A stretch of DNA of 64,000 nucleotides from Candidatus Omnitrophota bacterium. Lineage in GTDB: Bacteria; Omnitrophota; Gorgyraeia; Tantalellales; Tantalellaceae. The notes beneath the pieces were generated by a model. The model did not search any database. It was not told the origin of the DNA and was given only the letters and a program-made list of their open reading frames with translations. The position numbers and the translations under genes were made by a program. Where the stretch lies: NCBI GenBank assembly GCA_049642065.1, contig JBAROK010000002.1, positions 5,892-69,891 on the forward strand, given 5' to 3'. Below, piece by piece: positions 49,364-58,305 of the stretch (position 1 is the first letter of the stretch; every line of letters starts with the position of its first letter).

Positions 49364-50193
49364 AAACGCATTACACCATACCGTTTTTTATCCCTTTAAA
49401 AGGATGTCCTAATAGGTGCATATTCTGCGATCAGAACAGGATCACAGGAGAGAGTATGCCGAGTCCGGAAGAAGTTTCCCCAAAAATAGAAAAATATCTT
49501 TCTACAATGCCGCAGTCGGACGTGCGTATTGAAGTAGGATTTTTCGGTGGAAGTTTTACGGGGTTACTTTTAGATCTACAGAAGGAGTTCTTAAGCCCTG
49601 TCATGCCGTTTGTTGAAGAAGGCCGGATCTATGGGATAAGACTGTCAACACGTCCGGATCTGATAAATGAGGATATAGTAACTTTTCTTAAAGACAATGG
49701 TGTTACCTGTATAGAACTTGGTGTGCAGTCGATGTGCGAAGAGGTTCTTTCCGCATCTAAAAGGGGGCATACCTCAGAAGATACCGAGAGAGCGTCACGC
49801 CTTATTCTAGAGGCAGGCATAACTCTTGGGCACCAGATGATGGTGGCTCTTCCCGGAAGTGGGCCGGAAGAGGAACTTTACACGGCAAGGCGGATCAAGG
49901 AACTTGGAGCAAGCCAGGTCAGGATATACCCGGTACTGGTAGTAAAGGGCACTGAACTGGCGCAGATGTGGCAAAGAGGCGAATACGTTCCGCTGGAAGA
50001 AGATGAAGCTGTAAACCGTGCGGCAGCGCTTATTTCATATTTTGAAACTAATGGGATAAAAGTGATCCGTTGCGGGTTACATCCTTCGGAAGGGCTTCTT
50101 TCCGGAGAAGAGTATCTTGCCGGTCCGTTTCATCCCGCCTTTGGACAAAAAGCCAGGGAACGAGCAAAGATCAATGATAATTCTTCACGATAA
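49360..50193 (+). CDS. radical SAM protein (Elp3/YhcC-like, TIGR01212-type)
   Basis: GCPNRCIFCDQ CxxxCxxC motif near the N-terminus. 277 aa. ATGA overlap with maf. Confidence 0.65.
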   Translation: MKTHYTIPFFIPLKGCPNRCIFCDQNRITGESMPSPEEVSPKIEKYLSTMPQSDVRIEVGFFGGSFTGLLLDLQKEFLSPVMPFVEEGRIYGIRLSTRPDLINEDIVTFLKDNGVTCIELGVQSMCEEVLSASKRGHTSEDTERASRLILEAGITLGHQMMVALPGSGPEEELYTARRIKELGASQVRIYPVLVVKGTELAQMWQRGEYVPLEEDEAVNRAAALISYFETNGIKVIRCGLHPSEGLLSGEEYLAGPFHPAFGQKARERAKINDNSSR

Positions 50194-50887
50194 AAGACTT
50201 CCAGCTGAATACAAAAAAGCGCTGTCAGATAATTTGCTTGACACTTTTTTTGTGTCTTTCGAGGGGATACCCGGAAAGGTATATGAATCGATATCCTCTC
50301 ATCCGGATATATATATATTCCAGCTTGATGAGAAAACTGTTGTGCATGCTCCGGGGGTACCGGAAGAGAAGCTTAAAGAGTTGAGAGAAAGTGGTATAGA
50401 GCTTGTAAGGGGGGAAGAAGATCCTCGCGGCCGGTATCCACAGACGGCACGTTATAATGCCGCACGTGTGGGTGATTTTGTATTTGGGAACCTGGAATAC
50501 ACCGATCCCACGATAATAAAAGAGGCATGCGATAAGGGCCTAAAATGCATGAATGTGGAACAGGGGTACACGAGATGTTCGCTTCTTGCGGTAAGTGATA
50601 ACGCACTTATAACAGCGGATAGAAGTATTGCCCAAGTTGCGAAAAATGAAGGTCTGGAAGTTTTACTCATCTCATCCGGGTCGGTATTTCTTCCAGGAGA
50701 AAGATACGGGTTTATTGGTGGTGCTGGGGGGAGAATAGAAGATAAGGTCATATTATTGGGAAGTATTGATACCCATCCGGATTCGGAAGAGATAAAGGAT
50801 TTCATTACACATAATTCTGGAAAAGTTATAAGTTTAGCCAGAAAACCGCTTTATGATGCGGGCAGTATTATGTGTTTTTTTGCGTGA
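50174..50887 (+). CDS. hypothetical protein translationally coupled to the radical SAM gene
   Basis: ATG 50174 (MIILHDKRL...) overlaps the last 20 nt of the radical SAM ORF. No recognisable motif. The six-frame ORF start at 50117 is unlikely. Confidence 0.4.
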   Translation: MIILHDKRLPAEYKKALSDNLLDTFFVSFEGIPGKVYESISSHPDIYIFQLDEKTVVHAPGVPEEKLKELRESGIELVRGEEDPRGRYPQTARYNAARVGDFVFGNLEYTDPTIIKEACDKGLKCMNVEQGYTRCSLLAVSDNALITADRSIAQVAKNEGLEVLLISSGSVFLPGERYGFIGGAGGRIEDKVILLGSIDTHPDSEEIKDFITHNSGKVISLARKPLYDAGSIMCFFA

Positions 50888-50895
50888 AAATCAAC

Positions 50896-50923
50896 TTGAC
50901 ATAGAAAGAGGGTGTGTTAAAAT
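50896..50923 (+). promoter_or_regulatory. strong sigma70-like promoter upstream of PilZ gene
   Basis: TTGACA-16 nt-TAAAAT. Confidence 0.45.
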
Positions 50924-50960
50924 ATTATCTAGTTAAAGTTTTAAAAAGGAAGTCGCAAGT

Positions 50961-51302
50961 ATGAGAGAACAGCGGAGTTACGTCAGATATAATATATTCA
51001 TGGAAGATGTTGATGGCCTGAGTTGTAGTCACAAAGGCACAGGTATAGATATCAGTGATATATCATATAATGGGATAGGGCTCTGCCTGAGCGAGAGATT
51101 GTCTATAGGCGATAAAATCGATCTGGAAATATATGTACCTAAAGATGATATTCCCATGTTCGTCACAGCAGAGGTAGCATGGGTGGCCAGAGATACCGAT
51201 ATGGAGAACGTATTTCGTACGGGTTTATATCTCTCAAAGATCAGTTCATGCGATAAAGAGCGCCTCCTCAAATACCTCAATAGCTGCTTCTCATTTATAT
51301 AA
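50961..51302 (+). CDS. PilZ-domain protein (putative c-di-GMP receptor)
   Basis: 113 aa. N-terminal RSYVRY (RxxxR-like) and internal D/SxSxxG-like segment (IDISDISYNGIGL) consistent with PilZ. Confidence 0.55.
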   Translation: MREQRSYVRYNIFMEDVDGLSCSHKGTGIDISDISYNGIGLCLSERLSIGDKIDLEIYVPKDDIPMFVTAEVAWVARDTDMENVFRTGLYLSKISSCDKERLLKYLNSCFSFI

Positions 51303-51430
51303 AAAGCTTTTACTTTACACAGCCCCTTTCTTGGGGGTATAATCTTACCAAGTGATATAGCCTAAATATAATATTACTATTATTTCTGTTTTCTACTTGT
51401 TTCTTATCATCTTCAATCAGGAGGGTGGGT

Positions 51431-52174
51431 ATGTCCCGTTTCAAAAAGAGCTCTGCAATTTTTCTTGCGATTACTGTAATAAGTGTTATCTTCGCGTTCC
51501 AGGCGTTTTCCGCTGAAGACGTGGAGAAGTATATTCCCGATACCGATGTAGCCGAACAGGGGATGACGCTCTGGCAGATCATCGTAGCTGGAGGCGAAGT
51601 AATGTTGGTCCTGGCTTTTTTGTCTATTGCAGCTGTAGGGCTTATTGTCTATTATTTTCTGACAATAAAACAGGATACACTGATCCCTCAGGATTTCCAA
51701 GAAGAAGTGATGCCGATGATCGAGGGAGGGCGGTACGAGGAGGCTAAAGAAGTGTGCTCAGGAAAGGATAACCTGATATCGGGCGTACTTCTGGCAGGGC
51801 TCACACGTATCGGGCGCGACAAGAGCGTTATAAAAGAAGCTATCCAGGATGCGGGCAGGCGCAAAATTGACGACTTGCGCCAGAAACTCAGTTACCTGGC
51901 TGATGTCGCCGCGATATCACCGATGGTAGGGCTCTTAGGTACCGTGCTTGGCATGATACAGGCGTTCAACGTTATCGCTTTCCAGACGGGAGCGGTAAAA
52001 CCGATACTTTTAGCGAGTGGTATATCCAAAGCTATGGTTACCACGGCTACCGGGCTTATAATAGCTATACCGGCAATGATATTTTATTCGTTCTTCAAAG
52101 GTAAAGTGCAGAACTTTACGGCAAGGCTTGAAGACGTATCTACTGAACTGTTCCATCTCATAACAGAAAAATAA
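51431..52174 (+). CDS. exbB: MotA/TolQ/ExbB-family proton channel
   Basis: 3-TM topology. Conserved C-terminal block AISPMVGLLGTVLGMIQAF of ExbB/TolQ. AGGAGG RBS 8 nt upstream. Has an N-terminal signal-like extension. Confidence 0.8.
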   Translation: MSRFKKSSAIFLAITVISVIFAFQAFSAEDVEKYIPDTDVAEQGMTLWQIIVAGGEVMLVLAFLSIAAVGLIVYYFLTIKQDTLIPQDFQEEVMPMIEGGRYEEAKEVCSGKDNLISGVLLAGLTRIGRDKSVIKEAIQDAGRRKIDDLRQKLSYLADVAAISPMVGLLGTVLGMIQAFNVIAFQTGAVKPILLASGISKAMVTTATGLIIAIPAMIFYSFFKGKVQNFTARLEDVSTELFHLITEK

Positions 52175-52203
52175 CTGGCGCATTACCTGTCGCGGGGGGA
52201 TAA

Positions 52204-52629
52204 ATGGATTTTTCTGACGAAAGACAAGCGTTATCGGAGAGGCCCACAATACAAATGGCGCCTCTTATAGACATAATTTTCCTACTGCTCATATTTTTTA
52301 TGGCAGCTTCCATATTCTACCAACTCGAGACAGAGATAAACATCACCGTACCCACGGCAAAAGAATCTACCGATATCAAACGCGCTCCCGGAGAGATAAT
52401 CATAAATATTCGTAAAGACGGAGCCGTAGTGGTTAATCAGAGAAAGATGAGCTACGAAGAGCTTGACCGTATGCTTAAACGGGTATCCGAGCTCTATAAA
52501 GGGCAGCCTGTTATCATCAGAGCGGATAAAGAGACGTATCACAAGAACGTCATCAAGGTCCTAGATCTCTGTGCGGGAGCCGATATCTGGAACGTATCTT
52601 TTGCCACAATGAAAGAGAAAGAAGAATAG
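52204..52629 (+). CDS. exbD: ExbD/TolR-family biopolymer transport protein
   Basis: MAPLIDIIFLLLIFFM N-terminal TM with the conserved Asp. 141 aa. Confidence 0.8.
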   Translation: MDFSDERQALSERPTIQMAPLIDIIFLLLIFFMAASIFYQLETEINITVPTAKESTDIKRAPGEIIINIRKDGAVVVNQRKMSYEELDRMLKRVSELYKGQPVIIRADKETYHKNVIKVLDLCAGADIWNVSFATMKEKEE

Positions 52630-55001
52630 TGACCCTGCAACCGGTGCGAGTCTTGAAAGTTTTAACACTAGTGAGTTTGATCCTAAGTGTCCCTTTAACC
52701 TGTGGGCATGTTTCTTACGCGCAGGAAAAGAATGTTGACGCGGAAGTTGAGGAATTTGATTTCGCTAACGGTTTGTTCTCGCGTGGCATGTATGACATGG
52801 CTATCGACGGGTACAAGGATTTTCTAAAGGATCATCCAGAAAGCCAGTATGCCGAACTGGCGAACTATAGGATAGCCGAATGCTACTTCATGGATAAAAA
52901 ATACGATGAAGCGATCAACAGGTTCGGCATGTTCCTTAAGGAATATCCTAAGGGCGAATTTGTGGGGAAGGCAACGTTACGCAAAGCCCAGGTGCATTAC
53001 ATTAGGGAGGATTATCCGGCTGCGAAACGTATATTGAATGAACTGGCATCTGCTTCTGATGAAAGTGATGCGGCTATTTCCGCGAAATATTACCTGGCCG
53101 GAATACATTTTAAGCAGGGAGATTATACTGCCTCGATAAAGATCCTTGAAGATATCCTGGCAAAGCCTGGAAGCGGCGAATATACCGCGTTTGCTTATAT
53201 AAACCTCGGGGATATCTATACGGAACAGAAGGATTATGCTAAAGCTGCGGATTATTATAACAAGGCCAGTATCTCGGCAAAGAATAAGGAAGCGGTAGCT
53301 AAGGCAGCTTTCCGTGCCGGTAACGCGTATTACCTTGCAGGAGAGTACGATAAGGCTAAAGAACATTACCGTAAAGTGACCAGTGAGCCAGGTCACTCGG
53401 ATACGTTTAATAGTGCTGCACTCGGTCTTGTATCTACTTTGTACAAGAGCGGTGAATATAAATGGGTGATAGAATCCGCACGAGATATCCTTCCTAGCGT
53501 AAAAGACGATTCAGTAAAAGCTCAAATACTCTTTTTGCTTGGCAACAGTTATTTTTTTAGCGACCAGTTCGTTGAAGCGGATAAAGTATACGCAGAAGCT
53601 GCAGAAGCCTATCCCGATTCGAAGTTCGGTATAAAGTCGATGCTCAACCGATGCTGGGCGCTTTACAGGCTAGGCAAATACCAAGAATGCCTTACGGGAA
53701 TCAAAACATATATGTCAAAAACAAAAGATTCTGTGGATGAGGTTCTATATATCAAGGCGGAAGCTCTTATCGGTGCTGGTTACACTACTAAAGCTGTAGA
53801 GGCTTATAAGGTTCTGGCCAAAGATTTTGCGGATTCTGAATATCATAAAGAAGCGCTGTACGAAATAGGGTGGGTGTACGCCGCCTCAGGCCAGGCCGAA
53901 GAAGCTATACGCAATTACCAGTTGTTCGTAGAAGAGTATCCAGATGACCCGCGCGCACCGTCAGTTCTTTTGAAAGCAGCCCAGGAAAACTTGGACCTAG
54001 AACGTTATAACGAGGCCGAAACGGATTATATGAAGTTCCTTTCGACGTTCAGTGAAAGTCCACTGAAAGAGAACGTTCTTTTTCAGCTGGGCAGGGTATA
54101 TATGGAGAAGGGCGACTTGGAGAAGGCCCTGAACACATATCTGAAGTTCCTGGAAGAGTTCCCGGAATCAGAGGCTTCTGATGCTGCGGTTTACTGGACG
54201 GGAAGAGCTTATCAACAGAACCAGGATTGGGAGAAAGCGCTCAGCGCTTATACACGTTTGGCTGCGGATAGAGAAGGTGAATTCTATGGCAAAGCAGTAG
54301 AGTCCATGGCGTACTCTTATTTCCAGAAAGGCGAGTTTGATAAAGCCACCGTGAAATATTACGTGCTTATGGTCGATGAAAAGGATCTTACTTTACCCGA
54401 GGGTGTGTATAAATGGGTATCGGATTATTATATGAATAATGGCCAGAACGATAAGTCCCTTGAAGTGCTTAAGATTCTTTCCGAGAAACACCCCGATAAA
54501 TCTACTAACGGTGGAGTATATTACATGTATGGCGAGAATTATGGGCAGCTTGGTGACTGGGGGAAAGCTGAGGAGTATTTTAACAAGGCGATAAAAAGCG
54601 GAGTAACTTCTCCGTACAGGGAACGCGCTTATCTTGGGTTAGGTAAGTCATATTTTGCTTCAGGTAATTACGATAAAGCTGTTGAGATGTTGAGCGAAGC
54701 GCTTAAGACCCGTGAAGACAATCTAACGGGAGCGCTTGCCAGGTTCGAGATGGGCAATGTCAAATTCAAGGTGATGGATTTTGAAGAAGCCGCAAAACAG
54801 TACATGATGGTAGCGATATTGTACGATGACCAAGAGCTGTGTTCAAAAGCTCTTTTTCGTGCCGGGACAGCTTTTGAAAAAGCCAATATGCCCGGAAAGT
54901 CCGTTGAAGCCTTCGGGGAGCTTATTGAAAGGTATCCCGATAGCTCAATGGCAAAGGAAGCGGAAGAAGAGATAAAGCGGGTGAAAAGTGAAGCAAGGTA
55001 A
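52629..55001 (+). CDS. large secreted tetratricopeptide-repeat protein
   Basis: 790 aa, signal peptide, and roughly 15 or more TPR-like repeats (repeated W/Y..A.Y..G.YY..A pattern). GTG start overlaps the exbD stop by 1 nt. Confidence 0.7.
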   Translation: MTLQPVRVLKVLTLVSLILSVPLTCGHVSYAQEKNVDAEVEEFDFANGLFSRGMYDMAIDGYKDFLKDHPESQYAELANYRIAECYFMDKKYDEAINRFGMFLKEYPKGEFVGKATLRKAQVHYIREDYPAAKRILNELASASDESDAAISAKYYLAGIHFKQGDYTASIKILEDILAKPGSGEYTAFAYINLGDIYTEQKDYAKAADYYNKASISAKNKEAVAKAAFRAGNAYYLAGEYDKAKEHYRKVTSEPGHSDTFNSAALGLVSTLYKSGEYKWVIESARDILPSVKDDSVKAQILFLLGNSYFFSDQFVEADKVYAEAAEAYPDSKFGIKSMLNRCWALYRLGKYQECLTGIKTYMSKTKDSVDEVLYIKAEALIGAGYTTKAVEAYKVLAKDFADSEYHKEALYEIGWVYAASGQAEEAIRNYQLFVEEYPDDPRAPSVLLKAAQENLDLERYNEAETDYMKFLSTFSESPLKENVLFQLGRVYMEKGDLEKALNTYLKFLEEFPESEASDAAVYWTGRAYQQNQDWEKALSAYTRLAADREGEFYGKAVESMAYSYFQKGEFDKATVKYYVLMVDEKDLTLPEGVYKWVSDYYMNNGQNDKSLEVLKILSEKHPDKSTNGGVYYMYGENYGQLGDWGKAEEYFNKAIKSGVTSPYRERAYLGLGKSYFASGNYDKAVEMLSEALKTREDNLTGALARFEMGNVKFKVMDFEEAAKQYMMVAILYDDQELCSKALFRAGTAFEKANMPGKSVEAFGELIERYPDSSMAKEAEEEIKRVKSEAR

Positions 55002-56655
55002 AACTGTACTCCTGGCTCTTCTGGTATCTGTTACGGCACATGCCGTTTTTTTTGCTACAGCACCTCATATTATGCTCGCGGGTATGCATAGTGTGATTGG
55101 CGAGACAAAAAAGATATTTCGTTTGCAAGGGGTGGAAGAGGAGCCTGCCAGCGTGGATCTTTTCGAAGGAGCTCAGCCACCACCACCTTCTATCAAAATG
55201 ACGCAGCAGGTTTCTCAAATGGCAGGTATAGCTTCAGAGAAGATGATGATAGACAGGAAGATGGACGAGGATCTTTCTCTGCAGGATAAGAAGAAGCAGA
55301 TGGATGCGGAAAGTATTGACGAGAGTTTACCTGAACCGGAGGAGTTCGATAATGGCGCCAGAATGGAAATAGACGCTAAGAAAGAGCGCGAAGAAGCCAC
55401 GCCCGATAAGAGGTCTCTGGCTGAACGGCTCTCAACGGAAAGGCTTGTTAAATATCCCACATCATCTGATCTTCCTGCTGAGAGCAAGATGTCGTATGAT
55501 TTTAAGAAGGGTAAGCGGGCGCCTCATGCCGGGACAAGCGAATGGACACCCGGCAGTTCAAAGGTCTTTCAGTCCGGTGAAGAGGAACTATCCGCTGCAA
55601 GAAGAAGCGCGAGGATAGGTGATTACGAGGATATAGGCGAATTTTTGAACGTGGCAGTTAAAGTGTATGAAGATCCCGGAACGGGCGAAAAATATTTCAA
55701 GATAATTATAAGCACGAGGAGAGGAAACAACCTTGAAGTTATCCCCAAAGAGATCATTTTTCTGGTAGATTCGTCGAAGAGTATAACTGAGGAGAAACTT
55801 TCTTATATCAAAGAAGGTCTTTTAGATTCTCTTGGGCAGCTTAATGAAGGAGACCGGTTCAACCTGGTGGCGTTTAGGGGAGATCTTGTCAGGTTCATGG
55901 AAGATCCAGTACCCGTACGGGAAAGGACCCTGGAAAAGGGAAGATCTTTCATCAAACAGCTAGAAGCTGTAGGTCAGACGGATGTTGAGAATGCGCTTCT
56001 TGGAATTATCAAGGAACCGATTGCGTTCCGCCCGTCGTATATTATCCTTATTACCGATGGAAGGCCCACAACGGGAGTTACCGATTCGCGCAGGATCATA
56101 CAACAGATCACCCGGCAGAATAATATGGAGCGTCCGATATTCTGTTTCGGTGGTGGCAGGAGAGTGAACCATTACTTGTTGGATTTTGTTTCGTATCAGA
56201 ACAGGGCCTGGAGCCGTTTCGCAGAAACCACTCATGATATGAGAAAAGAGTTTGACGAACTTTACCGGCAGATAAAGGACCCCATACTTCTCAATGTCAG
56301 GTACCGGTTAAAGGGGGTTGGGGTCGAAGAGGTTTATCCCAAATACCTTTCGGATTTTTATAAAGGCAAACCGTTTACACTGTACGGACGGTTTACGGAT
56401 GAAGATGTCTTTTCGGTCCAGATCTTAGGGCAGATAAACGGCGGAACAAAGGAATTCATATTCAAAAGCTCGCTTACCGAAGCTGAAAAGGCCGGCGCTA
56501 ATATTGCCAAAGAATGGGCGTTCAGGAAAATATATTATTTAATAAGCCAGAACACTATGGGTCTAGGCGATCCTGTGCGGCTTCGTGCGGAGATAGAAGA
56601 GTTAAGCCGGAAATACGATATTATTACTCCGTATGACATAGAGGATAGTGACTAA
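54988..56655 (+). CDS. TonB-like N-terminal membrane anchor fused to von Willebrand factor A domain
   Basis: N-terminal TM LLALLVSVTAHAVFF carries the SxxxH motif of TonB anchors. A Pro/charged linker follows, then a C-terminal VWA domain (IIFLVDSSKS...ILITDGRPTTG). Overlaps the TPR gene by 14 nt. Confidence 0.5.
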   Translation: MKQGKTVLLALLVSVTAHAVFFATAPHIMLAGMHSVIGETKKIFRLQGVEEEPASVDLFEGAQPPPPSIKMTQQVSQMAGIASEKMMIDRKMDEDLSLQDKKKQMDAESIDESLPEPEEFDNGARMEIDAKKEREEATPDKRSLAERLSTERLVKYPTSSDLPAESKMSYDFKKGKRAPHAGTSEWTPGSSKVFQSGEEELSAARRSARIGDYEDIGEFLNVAVKVYEDPGTGEKYFKIIISTRRGNNLEVIPKEIIFLVDSSKSITEEKLSYIKEGLLDSLGQLNEGDRFNLVAFRGDLVRFMEDPVPVRERTLEKGRSFIKQLEAVGQTDVENALLGIIKEPIAFRPSYIILITDGRPTTGVTDSRRIIQQITRQNNMERPIFCFGGGRRVNHYLLDFVSYQNRAWSRFAETTHDMRKEFDELYRQIKDPILLNVRYRLKGVGVEEVYPKYLSDFYKGKPFTLYGRFTDEDVFSVQILGQINGGTKEFIFKSSLTEAEKAGANIAKEWAFRKIYYLISQNTMGLGDPVRLRAEIEELSRKYDIITPYDIEDSD

Positions 56656-56688
56656 CACCAGATATGAAAGAAGGAGAGTGAGGGGGGA

Positions 56689-56835
56689 GTGAATATTAAA
56701 AGAATTATCATGGCATTGATGCTGGCGGTATATGTCCTGAGTTCGGCCGGTTGCGCGGTTGCATGGTTTCTTGTAGGCGCGGGGACCGCAGCTACGGTCG
56801 GGGCGGTAATGGACGAAGAGAAAAAAACTAAGTAA
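56689..56835 (+). CDS. small lipoprotein (48 aa)
   Basis: GTG start after AAGGAGAGTGAGG. Lipobox LSSAG-C then AVAWFLVGAGTAATVGAVMDEEKKTK. Below the ORF-track length cut-off, so found by eye. Confidence 0.35.
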   Translation: MNIKRIIMALMLAVYVLSSAGCAVAWFLVGAGTAATVGAVMDEEKKTK

Positions 56836-56844
56836 CAATATTCT

Positions 56845-56868
56845 AGTAAAAGAGTAAAAGAGTAAAAG
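56845..56868. repeat. tandem repeat (agtaaaag)x3
   Basis: Three perfect 8-nt copies immediately upstream of the AAAGGAGGAG RBS of the next small ORF. Confidence 0.6.
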
Positions 56869-56877
56869 GAGGAGAAA

Positions 56878-57018
56878 GTGACGCTTAATCACCTTATTTA
56901 TATTTTATCAATAGTGTTCGGTGTGCTTATACTGGCTGCGCCGAAGATAGCAAGTTACCTTGTCGGTGCGTACTTAATCGCGTTCGGTGTGATAAAACTT
57001 ATTATTGTATTAAGTTAA
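56878..57018 (+). CDS. DUF3096-like small membrane protein (46 aa)
   Basis: GTG start with a strong RBS. IVFGVLILAAPKIASYLVGAYLIAFGVIKLIIVL resembles the DUF3096 consensus. Confidence 0.4.
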   Translation: MTLNHLIYILSIVFGVLILAAPKIASYLVGAYLIAFGVIKLIIVLS

Positions 57019-57040
57019 GCTGTAGTAGCGGAGGAATGTA

Positions 57041-57427
57041 ATGCAAATGAGAGCGGAGATCAAAGAGAAGGAAAGAGAACTCGAGTCGGAAATACGCAGT
57101 TTTGAGAAAGAACGGGAAAATATACGGCGCATAATCGGAAAGATCGGAGGAGTTCCTACAGGAAAAGGCCGTGTCATTAATGTGATCTTTATCATACTGG
57201 TGCTTGCTGTATTTGCCATGTCCATTATATGGGGAGGACGGATCAGGTTCTTTATGATAGAAGTGGGTATATTGCTTCTATCTATAAAACTTATCTATTT
57301 TCTTGAATCTCATATGAAATTAAACCATTTTCAGTTCTGGATCCTGTCTTCACTTGAATGGCGGCTTGATAAGATAGATAAGACATTGAAAGATATAGTA
57401 AAAAACAATGCTAAAAATGAACAGTGA
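57041..57427 (+). CDS. hypothetical membrane protein with N-terminal coiled-coil
   Basis: Charged helical N-terminus (EIKEKERELESEIRSFEKEREN) followed by two TM helices. Confidence 0.35.
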   Translation: MQMRAEIKEKERELESEIRSFEKERENIRRIIGKIGGVPTGKGRVINVIFIILVLAVFAMSIIWGGRIRFFMIEVGILLLSIKLIYFLESHMKLNHFQFWILSSLEWRLDKIDKTLKDIVKNNAKNEQ

Positions 57428-57431
57428 ATTT

Positions 57432-57887
57432 ATGTTAGCTGCTATAGAGGAGGCCCGTAAAGGTTCTTCCAGTGGGGAGGGTGGACCTTTCGGGGCTGTT
57501 GTTGCCAAGGAAGGCAGAATAATCTCCTCGGCGCATAATTCGGTGCTTAAAGATAATGATCCCACACAGCATGCCGAGATCAAAGCTATATCCGAGGCAG
57601 CCAGGAAGCTCGGGACGTATGACCTTTCAGGATGCGATTTATATACGACGACTGAACCGTGTCCCATGTGTTTTTCTGCTATACACTGGGCTAGGATAGG
57701 TAAAGTCATATACGGCACGGATATAAAGGACGTAAAAGAACTGGGGTTTAATGAACTTACGATATCGGTATCCGAGATGAAAGAAAGAGGCTCATCTCCC
57801 GTAGAGATAGACAGTGGTTTCATGAGGGCTGAATGTGAGGATCTTTTGAAATTCTGGGAAAGTCTTCCAGATAAACAGGTTTATTGA
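57432..57887 (+). CDS. CDA-fold nucleoside deaminase, guanine deaminase (GuaD)-like
   Basis: GGPFGAVV, NDPTQHAE and TEPCPMC zinc-binding motifs closely parallel the B. subtilis GuaD type. Alternative upstream starts at 57408/57417 overlap the preceding gene. Confidence 0.65.
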   Translation: MLAAIEEARKGSSSGEGGPFGAVVAKEGRIISSAHNSVLKDNDPTQHAEIKAISEAARKLGTYDLSGCDLYTTTEPCPMCFSAIHWARIGKVIYGTDIKDVKELGFNELTISVSEMKERGSSPVEIDSGFMRAECEDLLKFWESLPDKQVY

Positions 57888-57994
57888 AAGATTCCCGCAA
57901 AGATTTGACTTAATGGGGTATGATTAGTATACTTCATACTAAGGTGTATAGGCAGGTTTAGTGTCTATATATATATTAATTTAAGGAGGAAATA

Positions 57995-58183
57995 ATGAAA
58001 ATGAGTTTAGGGGTGGGTGTTCTTGTGCTCCTGGGGCTTATACTTATTCTGTTCGGTGTTGTTTTCAAGCTTTCGGGACTTAACCTCTTGGAGCCACAGA
58101 TCAAAGAGGTAACGAACTTTTTCATTGTTGCTAACACGTGTTTGCTCTTAGCGCTTATTGTAGCTAAGTTTGATAAGTCTTAA
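57995..58183 (+). CDS. small two-TM membrane protein
   Basis: 62 aa. AGGAGG RBS and upstream TTGACT-17-TATACT promoter-like element (57906-57934). Confidence 0.3.
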   Translation: MKMSLGVGVLVLLGLILILFGVVFKLSGLNLLEPQIKEVTNFFIVANTCLLLALIVAKFDKS

Positions 58184-58305
58184 AGGATAAAGCAATACGG
58201 TTCGGGCAAATGCTCTTTATGTTGGAGGGCTCTCTGCCTATGTGGGTGGGGAGTCCTCTATTTATTTTATCCCGCAAAATATGCCGGATCCGGCAGACCT
58301 AAAAA

